Virus record (IMG/VR): IMGVR_UViG_3300044655_001360 | Length of the DNA stretch: 64,000 nucleotides | Direction: 5' to 3' (one strand) | From: a virus | Part shown: positions 20,637-29,433 of the stretch, piece by piece | Layout of the letters: every line of letters starts with the position of its first letter | Numbering within the stretch: position 1 is the first letter of the stretch | The notes under the pieces: generated by a model | Told to the model about the DNA's origin: nothing | What the model saw: only the letters and a program-made list of their open reading frames with translations | The model's database searches: none | Position numbers and translations under genes: made by a program

Positions 20637-23600
20637 CTACATACCCATTGGGCCACCAGTCGGTCCAGGTGCCGCATTACCCATTGGGCCTGGAGCAGAT
20701 CCAATACCACCAGCCTCACCTTCTGGTCCTTGTCCTAAGCCTTCAGGTGCCTGCTCGTCTTGTGAACTCATATCCGATGCAATTCCACTTGGCGAAATCC
20801 CAGCAGAACGTAACTCTCCAGCACCATCTACCAATGATTCTAACTTATGACCGTTCTCCTCACGCCACATAGCTTCATTCTCTGTGATCTCCTCTTGTGT
20901 CATACCCAAGAATCTCTTCATTGCAAATCGTTTACTCAAATATGGAATCTCTTGCAACTGCGCAAAGATATTCACACGAGTCGTATCTAACTCACTTTGT
21001 CTATACGCTGCAAAGTTCTGTGGCTCATTAAACTTCAGTTCAAATAAACTACTATCGATGTTGATACCTTGAGAATATAACCAAAGTTTAAACTCCAAAT
21101 CAAACGTCTGTACCAATAAGTTCTGTAGTCGTTTACAATACTCATTAAATCTAAACTCTTGGATATACGCAGTTCCCACTTTTCCATCCGCTACGGTATT
21201 CGAGGCTTCTTCAATACCAGTTGGTAAGTAACTTGCTGGGATTCTTAATGCCCGGAAAAGTTTGTTTGTGAAGTACCTCAAATCTGTAATTTCACCCGTT
21301 TGTGAATTTTTCGTTATAATTCCGATACTTAGCGCAAAGTTGTGATAGTCATGGTACTTTTCATCACCGTCAATTGTCAATGTACCGACCTCGATTTCGT
21401 CATCCAAGTATTCGATAGCTACAATCGTATGATTATGGACACTTTCTTTTTTACGGAAATCAGACCATTTTTCATAACCAAATTGAGTTACTAGTGTTTT
21501 AACACCCGATTCAGTAAATCCATCTTCAACTTTCCAATTTCTAGTGGTGTTATCTTTGTTCAACTCGTACAATTCATCAAGGATTTCTTGATTATTATTG
21601 AGAGCATTAACTACATCAGTCAAACCAATTTGATGTGTTGTTTTACCCTTAACAAGACCAATGATGAATTTTAGCATTGCATGCGAATACTTCACTCGTT
21701 GAGATTCGCCTTGTTTAGCCATGTTTTCGTGATACTTATCGGTTTGCTGATACTTAGCCTGATTAACCCTAGTTACTTCTGCGCGTTCAGCACGATTTTC
21801 TTCAGTCCAATGTTCCATTCGTTTACCAACAACCTGTTCGTAAAATTCAGGGTCATTCTGCATCTTTTCGTTAAACTTCTGATTTCCGATAACAAAAGCA
21901 GCACGTGAATTAGCATCACGGATTTCTTTCTCTTCTGGCGATAGATTCGCACAATACGCCTTCAACCCAATGCTGATGTTATTATTCCATTCAGCTTGTT
22001 GTTCTGGTGTCTTACTAGCTCTAACAAGAGCAACCTGTTCGGTGTGAAACTTAGCATGGTCTTTGAAACCCATAAAGCATAAGTTTTCAGGTGAATTGTC
22101 ATAACGATTGAAGTTTTTGTGATGACGAACTTCGTACAACCCATTGCTAACTTCTGGATCATATACTTCGAACTTGACTACATCATCTTTTAGATAGTCA
22201 GCAACCAATTTATGAGTAAACTTCCATTTCTTATCAGAATTGTCGAAGTATTGTTCATACGTATTACTACCAACGTTAGTACTGATTGGTTCCAATCTTC
22301 TATAAAGAGGAATCAGACTATCACCAACTTTAAACTCGTCAGCACGTTTGTACTCTTGTTCGTATACTGGGAACTTGTGATCTGGTGTACAGATCATGTG
22401 TTCGCCATTATCTAAAGTTATTTTCATAACTTTAGCAGATTTCTGAGTAACGCCAGCCCAAGTAATCAACCCTGGTACGATTTTGCCAGTTAATGGTTCG
22501 CACGAGTAAGACCATAAAGTTTTACCATCTTTTAGTTCTGCTTCGATATCACGAATAGATAGTTCACGTCCATCTAATAACGATACTTTAGTATCCATTG
22601 CGAAACAACCACCAGGCAAGGTTTCAACCCTAGAGCCACGTCCCTCACTTGTAGAAGGCAAGTAGAAATTTTCACCCACAGACAACGGCGAATATGATGA
22701 ATCAACTGAATTCATACTATTATTACCACCACTAGCACTTGGAATACGTCTTTGTTGAATCTCATTCTTAACTCTTTCAACAAAACCCATTGCCAAATGC
22801 GCTGGCATGTTACCTACGTCAACATAAAACACCAAACGCTCTGGTGCTCTCTGAATTCGGTAGATAATAACCGCATCTTCTAACAATTCTTTTTGTTTAT
22901 AGACTTTGAAAACAGATTCTAGTAAGCTATTACCAAATGGGAAGTTATTATCAAGACCTTCACTTAGGCTGATATGAACAACGTCTTTGGCATCGACTGC
23001 GATTTCATTGATTGCATTTTGGAATCTGGTACCGGTTGCTCTAGCGGTATCGCCTACCATACCTCTAGCTAGGCTGCCACCTGAAGTATAGCTGGCAGTG
23101 CCGCTGGGTGAGGTATTGGTGATACCATGAGGAGTTACGGCGATTAAGTTTTTAAAGTTAAAGTTAATATCTTTGATAACGTATTGTTCGGGGATTTTGC
23201 CCTCGGATTCGTTTGCGATAATTTTACTAACTTTGACTGGGTCAACGTACAACCATTTCTTAGTTTCGGGGTCTCTTAGGAAGAAGCAGTCACCGTACTT
23301 AAAGGTATTTCTGACGATTCTAAAGATACGAGTTTCGAATTGTTGTTGTTTGCACCATTTCTGCAAGCAGTCTTTAATGAGTTTAACTTCGGTGGAGGTA
23401 GGTTGTCCACGGAAGGAGGTATGAAAAGGTGTTTCATTTTCTTTATCTTTTTGCGTACAGAATTCTGCGATGATATCGAGAGCGGCATTGACTTCAGAGT
23501 CCATGTCCATGGTATCATATTGCATGTATCTATCGATGCGGTTTGGTGTACCAGCGTAGACATCTGGTAGGAAGCTAGAGTAGTTAGTTTTAGCTGGGCC

Positions 23601-23681
23601 TGGTCTTCCACCGCCGCTGATTGGGCTATGAGAACCGTGGCCGTCGATAGTAACTGGTTTGAAGTGTTTTTTCCAAGACAT
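20637..23681 (-). CDS. gp20: portal protein (gp20-like), intein-containing
   Basis: LLEDAVIIYRIQRAPERLVFYVDVGNMP, TLPGG and LFRALRIPASYL motifs. Confidence 0.95.
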   Translation of the reverse strand: MSWKKHFKPVTIDGHGSHSPISGGGRPGPAKTNYSSFLPDVYAGTPNRIDRYMQYDTMDMDSEVNAALDIIAEFCTQKDKENETPFHTSFRGQPTSTEVKLIKDCLQKWCKQQQFETRIFRIVRNTFKYGDCFFLRDPETKKWLYVDPVKVSKIIANESEGKIPEQYVIKDINFNFKNLIAVTPHGITNTSPSGTASYTSGGSLARGMVGDTARATGTRFQNAINEIAVDAKDVVHISLSEGLDNNFPFGNSLLESVFKVYKQKELLEDAVIIYRIQRAPERLVFYVDVGNMPAHLAMGFVERVKNEIQQRRIPSASGGNNSMNSVDSSYSPLSVGENFYLPSTSEGRGSRVETLPGGCFAMDTKVSLLDGRELSIRDIEAELKDGKTLWSYSCEPLTGKIVPGLITWAGVTQKSAKVMKITLDNGEHMICTPDHKFPVYEQEYKRADEFKVGDSLIPLYRRLEPISTNVGSNTYEQYFDNSDKKWKFTHKLVADYLKDDVVKFEVYDPEVSNGLYEVRHHKNFNRYDNSPENLCFMGFKDHAKFHTEQVALVRASKTPEQQAEWNNNISIGLKAYCANLSPEEKEIRDANSRAAFVIGNQKFNEKMQNDPEFYEQVVGKRMEHWTEENRAERAEVTRVNQAKYQQTDKYHENMAKQGESQRVKYSHAMLKFIIGLVKGKTTHQIGLTDVVNALNNNQEILDELYELNKDNTTRNWKVEDGFTESGVKTLVTQFGYEKWSDFRKKESVHNHTIVAIEYLDDEIEVGTLTIDGDEKYHDYHNFALSIGIITKNSQTGEITDLRYFTNKLFRALRIPASYLPTGIEEASNTVADGKVGTAYIQEFRFNEYCKRLQNLLVQTFDLEFKLWLYSQGINIDSSLFELKFNEPQNFAAYRQSELDTTRVNIFAQLQEIPYLSKRFAMKRFLGMTQEEITENEAMWREENGHKLESLVDGAGELRSAGISPSGIASDMSSQDEQAPEGLGQGPEGEAGGIGSAPGPMGNAAPGPTGGPMGM
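21306..22607 (-). mobile_element. 434-aa intein with HNH-type endonuclease in the portal gene
   Basis: TLPGG|CFAMDTKV start, block B ICTPDHKF, HHKNFNRYDNSPENL, end YHNFALSIGIITKN|S. Confidence 0.9.
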
Positions 23682-23819
23682 TTAGATTAATCCTATTCTG
23701 TTGAATGTTTCATCTATTTATTAGTTTGGAAAAGGTGGTTTTACTAAAAGATAATCGAATTGGTTATTCTATTATCTTTTAGGTTTTATACCTCGCAAGA
23801 ATAGGATTTCTATTATCTT

Positions 23820-24113
23820 TTAGTGATCCCGAATGGCTCTAACGTAGTAGCCGTCGAAGTTTTTACTGCCGTTGCCGGTCTGGTAGCCGCCGAAGAAATT
23901 CTGAACCCAGACGTAGTCGCTATTGTCCTCAGTCGAGGACCGGTACCACAGTTTTTCAAAATCATTTTCTGATTTATAAATCAAATTCAGTTCTTCTTTA
24001 GACGGTAATCTCCAACCGGTTTTACCATCTACATTGAGAGAAAAACAGTATAGTTTTGCATCATCCCAATTTGATTGGATCTCTGTTGATTTAGGTGCTA
24101 TTTCGAAGTTCAT
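23820..24113 (-). CDS. DUF1566/CLec-fold small protein, candidate DGR target
   Basis: close paralog of 20161-20451; 22 of 34 codons in the 3' variable segment end in C. Confidence 0.8.
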   Translation of the reverse strand: MNFEIAPKSTEIQSNWDDAKLYCFSLNVDGKTGWRLPSKEELNLIYKSENDFEKLWYRSSTEDNSDYVWVQNFFGGYQTGNGSKNFDGYYVRAIRDH

Positions 24114-24121
24114 GTGGTCAC

Positions 24122-24766
24122 CTAATCCAAATCACGCACTAGAATTACCTTACTTGTCCATTTGGTGTCATGTTTATTGCATTCTACGCTGTGCTCTTGA
24201 TCATACATCCATTGATAAGGTTGATCTAGCCACGCGGATTTAAGATTTTCATTGGTCAACGATAAGGTATTCCATTCTAGGGCTGTTGGCAATCTCCAAT
24301 CGTTTTTTCCGTCTATATTTGCAGAAAATGCTACCATTTTAGCATCACCCCACGTATAGGATTGCTCAAAATGCGTTGTTTCTAGTTTTAAACTTAGATC
24401 AACTGGGAAGTTTATGTAATCGACTTCTTCTGAATAGTACCCATTTGATTCACCAACCCATCTTATATCAACATAACCTTTTCTGGTTGCGAATTTATAG
24501 AATGTCCATTTTCTTGACCGATCTTCCCATTCAGTTTCCACAATTTCATGCTTACTCACTGATTCAGCCATTAAGAGAGGTTCGCCAATCAAATCTGATA
24601 AGTCACCAGTGATGTCTTCTACGGTTACAGATTCGCAACATTGTTGTTCATGCCAAAATTTAAAGCATTCGTTTTCTGTTATGAACAGCATTTGCTTATC
24701 GTGTTTGGTTCCTTTTATTTCAACAATAGTTTTTCCAAGCATTTCTTCGAGTATTGTAGCAGTCAT
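24122..24766 (-). CDS. common phage accessory domain fused to a C-terminal CLec-like domain
   Basis: N-terminal HEQQCCESV...WTFYK...GESNGYYSE; C-terminal WGDAK...DWRLPT...VRDL. Confidence 0.6.
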   Translation of the reverse strand: MTATILEEMLGKTIVEIKGTKHDKQMLFITENECFKFWHEQQCCESVTVEDITGDLSDLIGEPLLMAESVSKHEIVETEWEDRSRKWTFYKFATRKGYVDIRWVGESNGYYSEEVDYINFPVDLSLKLETTHFEQSYTWGDAKMVAFSANIDGKNDWRLPTALEWNTLSLTNENLKSAWLDQPYQWMYDQEHSVECNKHDTKWTSKVILVRDLD

Positions 24767-24800
24767 TTTTATTTCTCTGTGTTTGGTTGCGTTGGTGGGT

Positions 24801-24828
24801 AGTATAATAGAATATTTTGGAATGTCAA
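24801..24828 (-). promoter_or_regulatory. sigma70-type promoter
   Basis: TTGACA-16-TATACT upstream of 24766. Confidence 0.65.
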
Positions 24829-24856
24829 GTGTTTTTTGGATTATCTTTTAGTAATT

Positions 24857-24880
24857 AAAAAGCCCAGATAGTTCTGGGCT
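24857..24880 (-). terminator. intrinsic terminator
   Basis: AGCCCAGA-TAGT-TCTGGGCT with a T-run on the minus strand. Confidence 0.7.
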
Positions 24881-24972
24881 CTATGTTCTTATGGCTCGGC
24901 ACTAACGTGCCTCGCAAGATTATAGTTCAATTATCTTTTAGGTTTGGTTAGATACTATAGTTCAATTATCTT

Positions 24973-27900
24973 TTACTGTGCATATAGATTACCACTTTGC
25001 CCTTGAGCTATAGATACATGACGTTCATTTGTTGATAGTAATTCCGTTAATAGTTGATTACTTGTTCTGGTTTCTTGTAGTAACTGGTCGAATGCAGTTG
25101 CTGGATCAGACAGTGGTGAGGTAGAAGATAGTTTATCAGTAAATGCTTTTTTATCAGCAGCGGCTTTAGCATCCGCTTGTTCAATATCAGTATTAATAGC
25201 AGCTTGTTCAAGTTGGTTCTGTTTAGCTTCAGCATCTTGCTTTGCTTTTTTAGCCGCAGCTATCTCATTCAACGAACTTGCATTAACTGGAGTTGGTGAT
25301 GGTGTAGTTGGTGTAGATACAACACCTGACCTAGACATAACTGCATTTATTTTACTCAATTCAGCAGCATACGTTGGACTTGTTGCATAACCGGTTTGCC
25401 CTTGTCTAGCAATGGCTTCTTCAATATTCGTTGACGCAAGTACACCTTTATACCGTTTGTTCTGAAGAAGAAAATCAAGATACCCGGTTGCTGATTCTGA
25501 TACGTCATTGAATTTTTTAAACTGCTGCATCATTCTAACTGGTTTACCGTTAACATATTCGGTAGTCATTGCGTTAGTAGACCCAGCTGGTCCAACACCT
25601 TTAATACCAAACGCATTATTTCCAACTAAACGAGTACCATATCCAGATTCTAGTGAAGTTTGTGCAGCACCTAATTTTGCAATTACTTCTGGGTTTGGTA
25701 ATCCGCGATTAACTGCATCTGCGTAGATTGCTTTATACATTTTATTATAATAGGCACTTTGTGATCCGGATACAGAACCTTTACCAGCCATTACATTTGC
25801 TGCGGAAGCCTGCGAACTAATAGAACCTGCAGTTTTCTCATACTCACTCACCACACTGCTTGGTTTCAGGTTAGAGATCGCTTCTGCTCTAGTGGCATCC
25901 AACCGTTGCATTTCGTTTTGTAGTTCGCCCAGTTCACCTTTTAATTTGGCATAACTTTCATTGAGTTTTGCTTCTGCTGGTGCATTGTTTTTCTTTGCGT
26001 CATCAAGTGCTTTTTGTGCTTGTTTTAGTTCTTCATTTTTAGTAGCCATTTTGGTTTTGATGATATCACCATCCAAAACACGGATAGCATCCCATAAACC
26101 TTTTTGTTTTTCGTAATCGGCTTTATGTTTAGCGGCATCTGCTACTTGTTGTTCACTCAGTGAACCTTTTTCTATTTCTGCGATATGCGCACTGGTTCTT
26201 TCTGAACGTCTGGTATATTCTTTAACATCGATATTACCAATCAAATAAAGTGCATGGTCAACCATTTTTACCACGTTGAGCATTCCTAATTGGAAACTTG
26301 CGAATGTGGTACCAAGACTATCTAGTTGGGTTGTAAACCAGAGACTAAGTGTTTTAAATCCGATTTTCAATTCACCAAATAAGTGTTCACTATCAACACC
26401 TGCTAATTCTTGGAATGAATTGATTAATTGTTTACCCCAGAGGATTACTTGGTCGGTCGCTTGGTCTAGTGTACCAACAAAATAAAGTACTCTGTTAGCA
26501 CCCATTTGTACACCGACCCAAAGTTCTTTCATACCAATATACAGGTTATCGACTGCTATTGATAGGGATTCTGCTATCGTTTTTGCCAATTCTTCGGTAC
26601 TAATATTCATACCATCGAATGAACCAGTGAGTTTATCACCCCAGCCTTTTACTGTATTTTCAACGAAGGTAGTTAATGGACCAAATGCTGCTTGCATAAT
26701 ACTTGGTATGTAATCAACAAGTCCAAGTAGTTTATCGAATATAGGAACTAGTGCGGCGTTAATCCAAGTATTTGCTTTTTGTACGATTTTACCCAAAGCA
26801 TCAAACGCAGGTACACTAACCTTTTCAATAAATTTCGTGATGTTAGTGAAAGCCATGATAAGTAAGTCGAATATACCTGAATTGGCTAATACAGTTGTAA
26901 ATATATTACCAACTTCTGTTACTTGTGTTTGGAATTTGGAATATGCGTCTATTAATAGATTTGTTTTTTGAACTACTGGATCTTGTGCATCGGCTGCTGC
27001 TTTTCTAGCATTCGCTTCGTATTTTGCCATTTCACCGGATGCAGTGGTTAGTGAATCTAACCCAGCCCCAAATACTTGGATAGCTCCTTCACCTTGTTTG
27101 TATGCTCTAGCTTCGGCTGCTGCGGTTTCAAGCATCCGTTGTTTCATTTTTTCAAGTTGATCTTGTGAAACATTAGAATCTTTTAGTGCTCTACCGAACT
27201 CGGCTGCTTGCGTTGCGGTTTGTGAAAACGCATGGAACATCATTTGATTTTGCTCAGTAGTTGGTACACCAGCAGTTACCATGTCTTTGATAAAACCATT
27301 CATGGTTGGACCAACTGAGCTTAAAGCTGATGATAATGCACCACCTGCAATTTCACCTCGTTCGCCTAAACTATCAACGAATGCACGGAATTGAACATCT
27401 ACGTTCAGTTTGTTTAATTCATCCGCTTTTTGATCTCTGGTTTGTCCAGTGATTTTAGCAAGGATATCTAGTTCTTTTAGATAGGCTTTTGTTCCTGCGA
27501 TTAAATCTGTATTTGATTTTTTACCTAAGTTTCCAAGATATTGTTGATTAAGTGAATACTTTGCTAACCCGTCATTAAGATCTTTCGTTGAAAAACCTAA
27601 TGAATACAAGTCACTACTAGAATTCTGCAATGCTTTTGATAGAATTCCGAATCTTCTAGCACCTTCTTCGGTATTACCACCCAAGGCTCGCAAGGCTTCG
27701 CCGTTGCTCGCGACAAACTGTGCATAATCACTAAGTGTCATGCTCGCTGCGCTCGCGTTAGCAGCAAATGCATTCACACTACCAGCAAATGTTGCACCAG
27801 ATGCGGTTGCTTTTTGGTAAGAACCAATCAAGTCAGTTTGTGCTCTTGCTACTGCTATCAATGAATTACCAAATTCATCGAGTAATCCACCAACGATTGG

Positions 27901-28236
27901 TATATGCTTTGCTAACGATCTAACTTCATATGCTGCCGAGTTAACACTACCGTCTAATTGTGCAAATTTATTAATTAATCCACCTGCTGAGATGGACATT
28001 TTCACTAAACTATTCGTAACACCTGCCATCGTACTAGCCATTTTAAGCATGGTACTTTGTGCTTGTGCTGCTTGGGTATTAGAACCACCACCAGTATTAC
28101 CACCTGCACCACCTCCTGTTGCACCGCCATTGGAATTGATAGCAGCAAGAATATCGCGTAAGGTTGCCTCAGTCGCAGCGTTTTCCGCTACAACATCGCC
28201 GATGCCAGGAATGTTAATAATTACTTCGTTTGCCAT
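24973..28236 (-). CDS. tape-measure-like protein with a C-terminal GH73 glucosaminidase domain
   Basis: long helical Ala-rich protein; AQTSLESGYG, NNAFGIK and GYAT motifs. Confidence 0.7.
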   Translation of the reverse strand: MANEVIINIPGIGDVVAENAATEATLRDILAAINSNGGATGGGAGGNTGGGSNTQAAQAQSTMLKMASTMAGVTNSLVKMSISAGGLINKFAQLDGSVNSAAYEVRSLAKHIPIVGGLLDEFGNSLIAVARAQTDLIGSYQKATASGATFAGSVNAFAANASAASMTLSDYAQFVASNGEALRALGGNTEEGARRFGILSKALQNSSSDLYSLGFSTKDLNDGLAKYSLNQQYLGNLGKKSNTDLIAGTKAYLKELDILAKITGQTRDQKADELNKLNVDVQFRAFVDSLGERGEIAGGALSSALSSVGPTMNGFIKDMVTAGVPTTEQNQMMFHAFSQTATQAAEFGRALKDSNVSQDQLEKMKQRMLETAAAEARAYKQGEGAIQVFGAGLDSLTTASGEMAKYEANARKAAADAQDPVVQKTNLLIDAYSKFQTQVTEVGNIFTTVLANSGIFDLLIMAFTNITKFIEKVSVPAFDALGKIVQKANTWINAALVPIFDKLLGLVDYIPSIMQAAFGPLTTFVENTVKGWGDKLTGSFDGMNISTEELAKTIAESLSIAVDNLYIGMKELWVGVQMGANRVLYFVGTLDQATDQVILWGKQLINSFQELAGVDSEHLFGELKIGFKTLSLWFTTQLDSLGTTFASFQLGMLNVVKMVDHALYLIGNIDVKEYTRRSERTSAHIAEIEKGSLSEQQVADAAKHKADYEKQKGLWDAIRVLDGDIIKTKMATKNEELKQAQKALDDAKKNNAPAEAKLNESYAKLKGELGELQNEMQRLDATRAEAISNLKPSSVVSEYEKTAGSISSQASAANVMAGKGSVSGSQSAYYNKMYKAIYADAVNRGLPNPEVIAKLGAAQTSLESGYGTRLVGNNAFGIKGVGPAGSTNAMTTEYVNGKPVRMMQQFKKFNDVSESATGYLDFLLQNKRYKGVLASTNIEEAIARQGQTGYATSPTYAAELSKINAVMSRSGVVSTPTTPSPTPVNASSLNEIAAAKKAKQDAEAKQNQLEQAAINTDIEQADAKAAADKKAFTDKLSSTSPLSDPATAFDQLLQETRTSNQLLTELLSTNERHVSIAQGQSGNLYAQ

Positions 28237-28321
28237 GTGTTAGTCCAAAAATAGTGGTATTTAGTGCAAGAAATCAATACCTAAATACGTGCAGTTATTA
28301 GTATTTATCGGAGATTTTCCT

Positions 28322-29182
28322 GTGGAACAACCGCAAACCGTAGTTGAAAAAAAGAACCCTTTAGCTGCGTATTATCGTCAGCCTAAGATTTATGTTAAAT
28401 TACCATCAGGTGGTCGTTTTTATGCACCTGGGTCATTGGATGTGAGTGTATCTGGTGAATATCCAGTATTCTCAATGACTGCTAAAGACGAGATTATGTT
28501 TAAAACGCCAGATGCGTTGTTATCTGGTCAGAGTACTGTAGAAGTTATCAAGAGTTGTATTCCTGCTATTATTGATCCATGGCAAATGCCAACAATTGAC
28601 GTTGACTTTTGTTTGATTGCCATTCGTATTGCTACCTTTGGTGATTCGATGGAAGTTGGTTCGGTATGTCCGCATTGTCAAGAAGAAAACAGTTTTGATA
28701 TGAACTTAACTGGTTGGTTAGACCAATATCATGGTTATGATTACCAAGACGTAGTTACAGTTGGTGATTTAGAAGTTCATTTAAGACCATTCTCTTATCG
28801 TGAGATGTCTAATACATCTATTAAGACGTTAGAGCAGCAACGAATCTTCTCAATTGTCAATGATGATACCATGACAGATGAAGAGAAAATGGCTAAATTC
28901 AGTGAAAGTTTTACGAAACTAACTGATTTGACTGTTGATATCGTTGCCACTTGTATTAGTAAGATTGTAACGCCTAGTGGTGAGACCTCTGATGTTTCTT
29001 TTATCAAAGAATTCATAAACAACTGTCCATCTGATGTGTTTGATACGATTTCAAAGCATTTATCTGCACAAAAAGAGAAGATTGACATTAAAGCACAGGA
29101 AGTTGCTTGTGGTGAATGTTCAGAACCGTACTTACTTCCAGTGACGATGGACCAATCAAATTTTTTCGCAGTAAGATCTTAA
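28322..29182 (+). CDS. baseplate hub assembly protein (T4 gp26-like)
   Basis: MTAKDEI, LIAIRIAT, CPHC and CGEC motifs; GTG start after GGAG; TAAATA at 28282. Confidence 0.75.
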   Translation: MEQPQTVVEKKNPLAAYYRQPKIYVKLPSGGRFYAPGSLDVSVSGEYPVFSMTAKDEIMFKTPDALLSGQSTVEVIKSCIPAIIDPWQMPTIDVDFCLIAIRIATFGDSMEVGSVCPHCQEENSFDMNLTGWLDQYHGYDYQDVVTVGDLEVHLRPFSYREMSNTSIKTLEQQRIFSIVNDDTMTDEEKMAKFSESFTKLTDLTVDIVATCISKIVTPSGETSDVSFIKEFINNCPSDVFDTISKHLSAQKEKIDIKAQEVACGECSEPYLLPVTMDQSNFFAVRS

Positions 29183-29394
29183 ACCTAACCGTGCCGGAGA
29201 TCTTACAGGCAGTAAAGAAATTAGACGATGAGGCACGGGCTATCAAGAAGGAAGCGCTACAAACATGTTGGTATATGCGTGGAATGTCTTATAGTGAAGC
29301 AATGCATCTAAGCTGGGAAGAACGAGAGCTAGTCAATGAAATTGTCAATTCCAATCTCGAAATGACTAGTAAAACTGGACTTCCCTTCATCTAA
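29158..29394 (+). CDS. small tail/baseplate assembly ORF, probably the -1 frameshift extension of the gp26-like gene
   Basis: WYMRGMSYSEA...LPF; overlaps the upstream gene in the -1 frame at A AAT TTT. Confidence 0.6.
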   Translation, partial: KFFRSKILNLTVPEILQAVKKLDDEARAIKKEALQTCWYMRGMSYSEAMHLSWEERELVNEIVNSNLEMTSKTGLPFI

Positions 29395-29404
29395 TCTAAA
29401 AGAT

Positions 29405-29428
29405 AATGCCCTCATAACGAGGGCATTT
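29405..29428. terminator. terminator between convergent genes
   Basis: AATGCCCTC-ATAAC-GAGGGCATT. Confidence 0.7.
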
Positions 29429-29433
29429 TAGTT

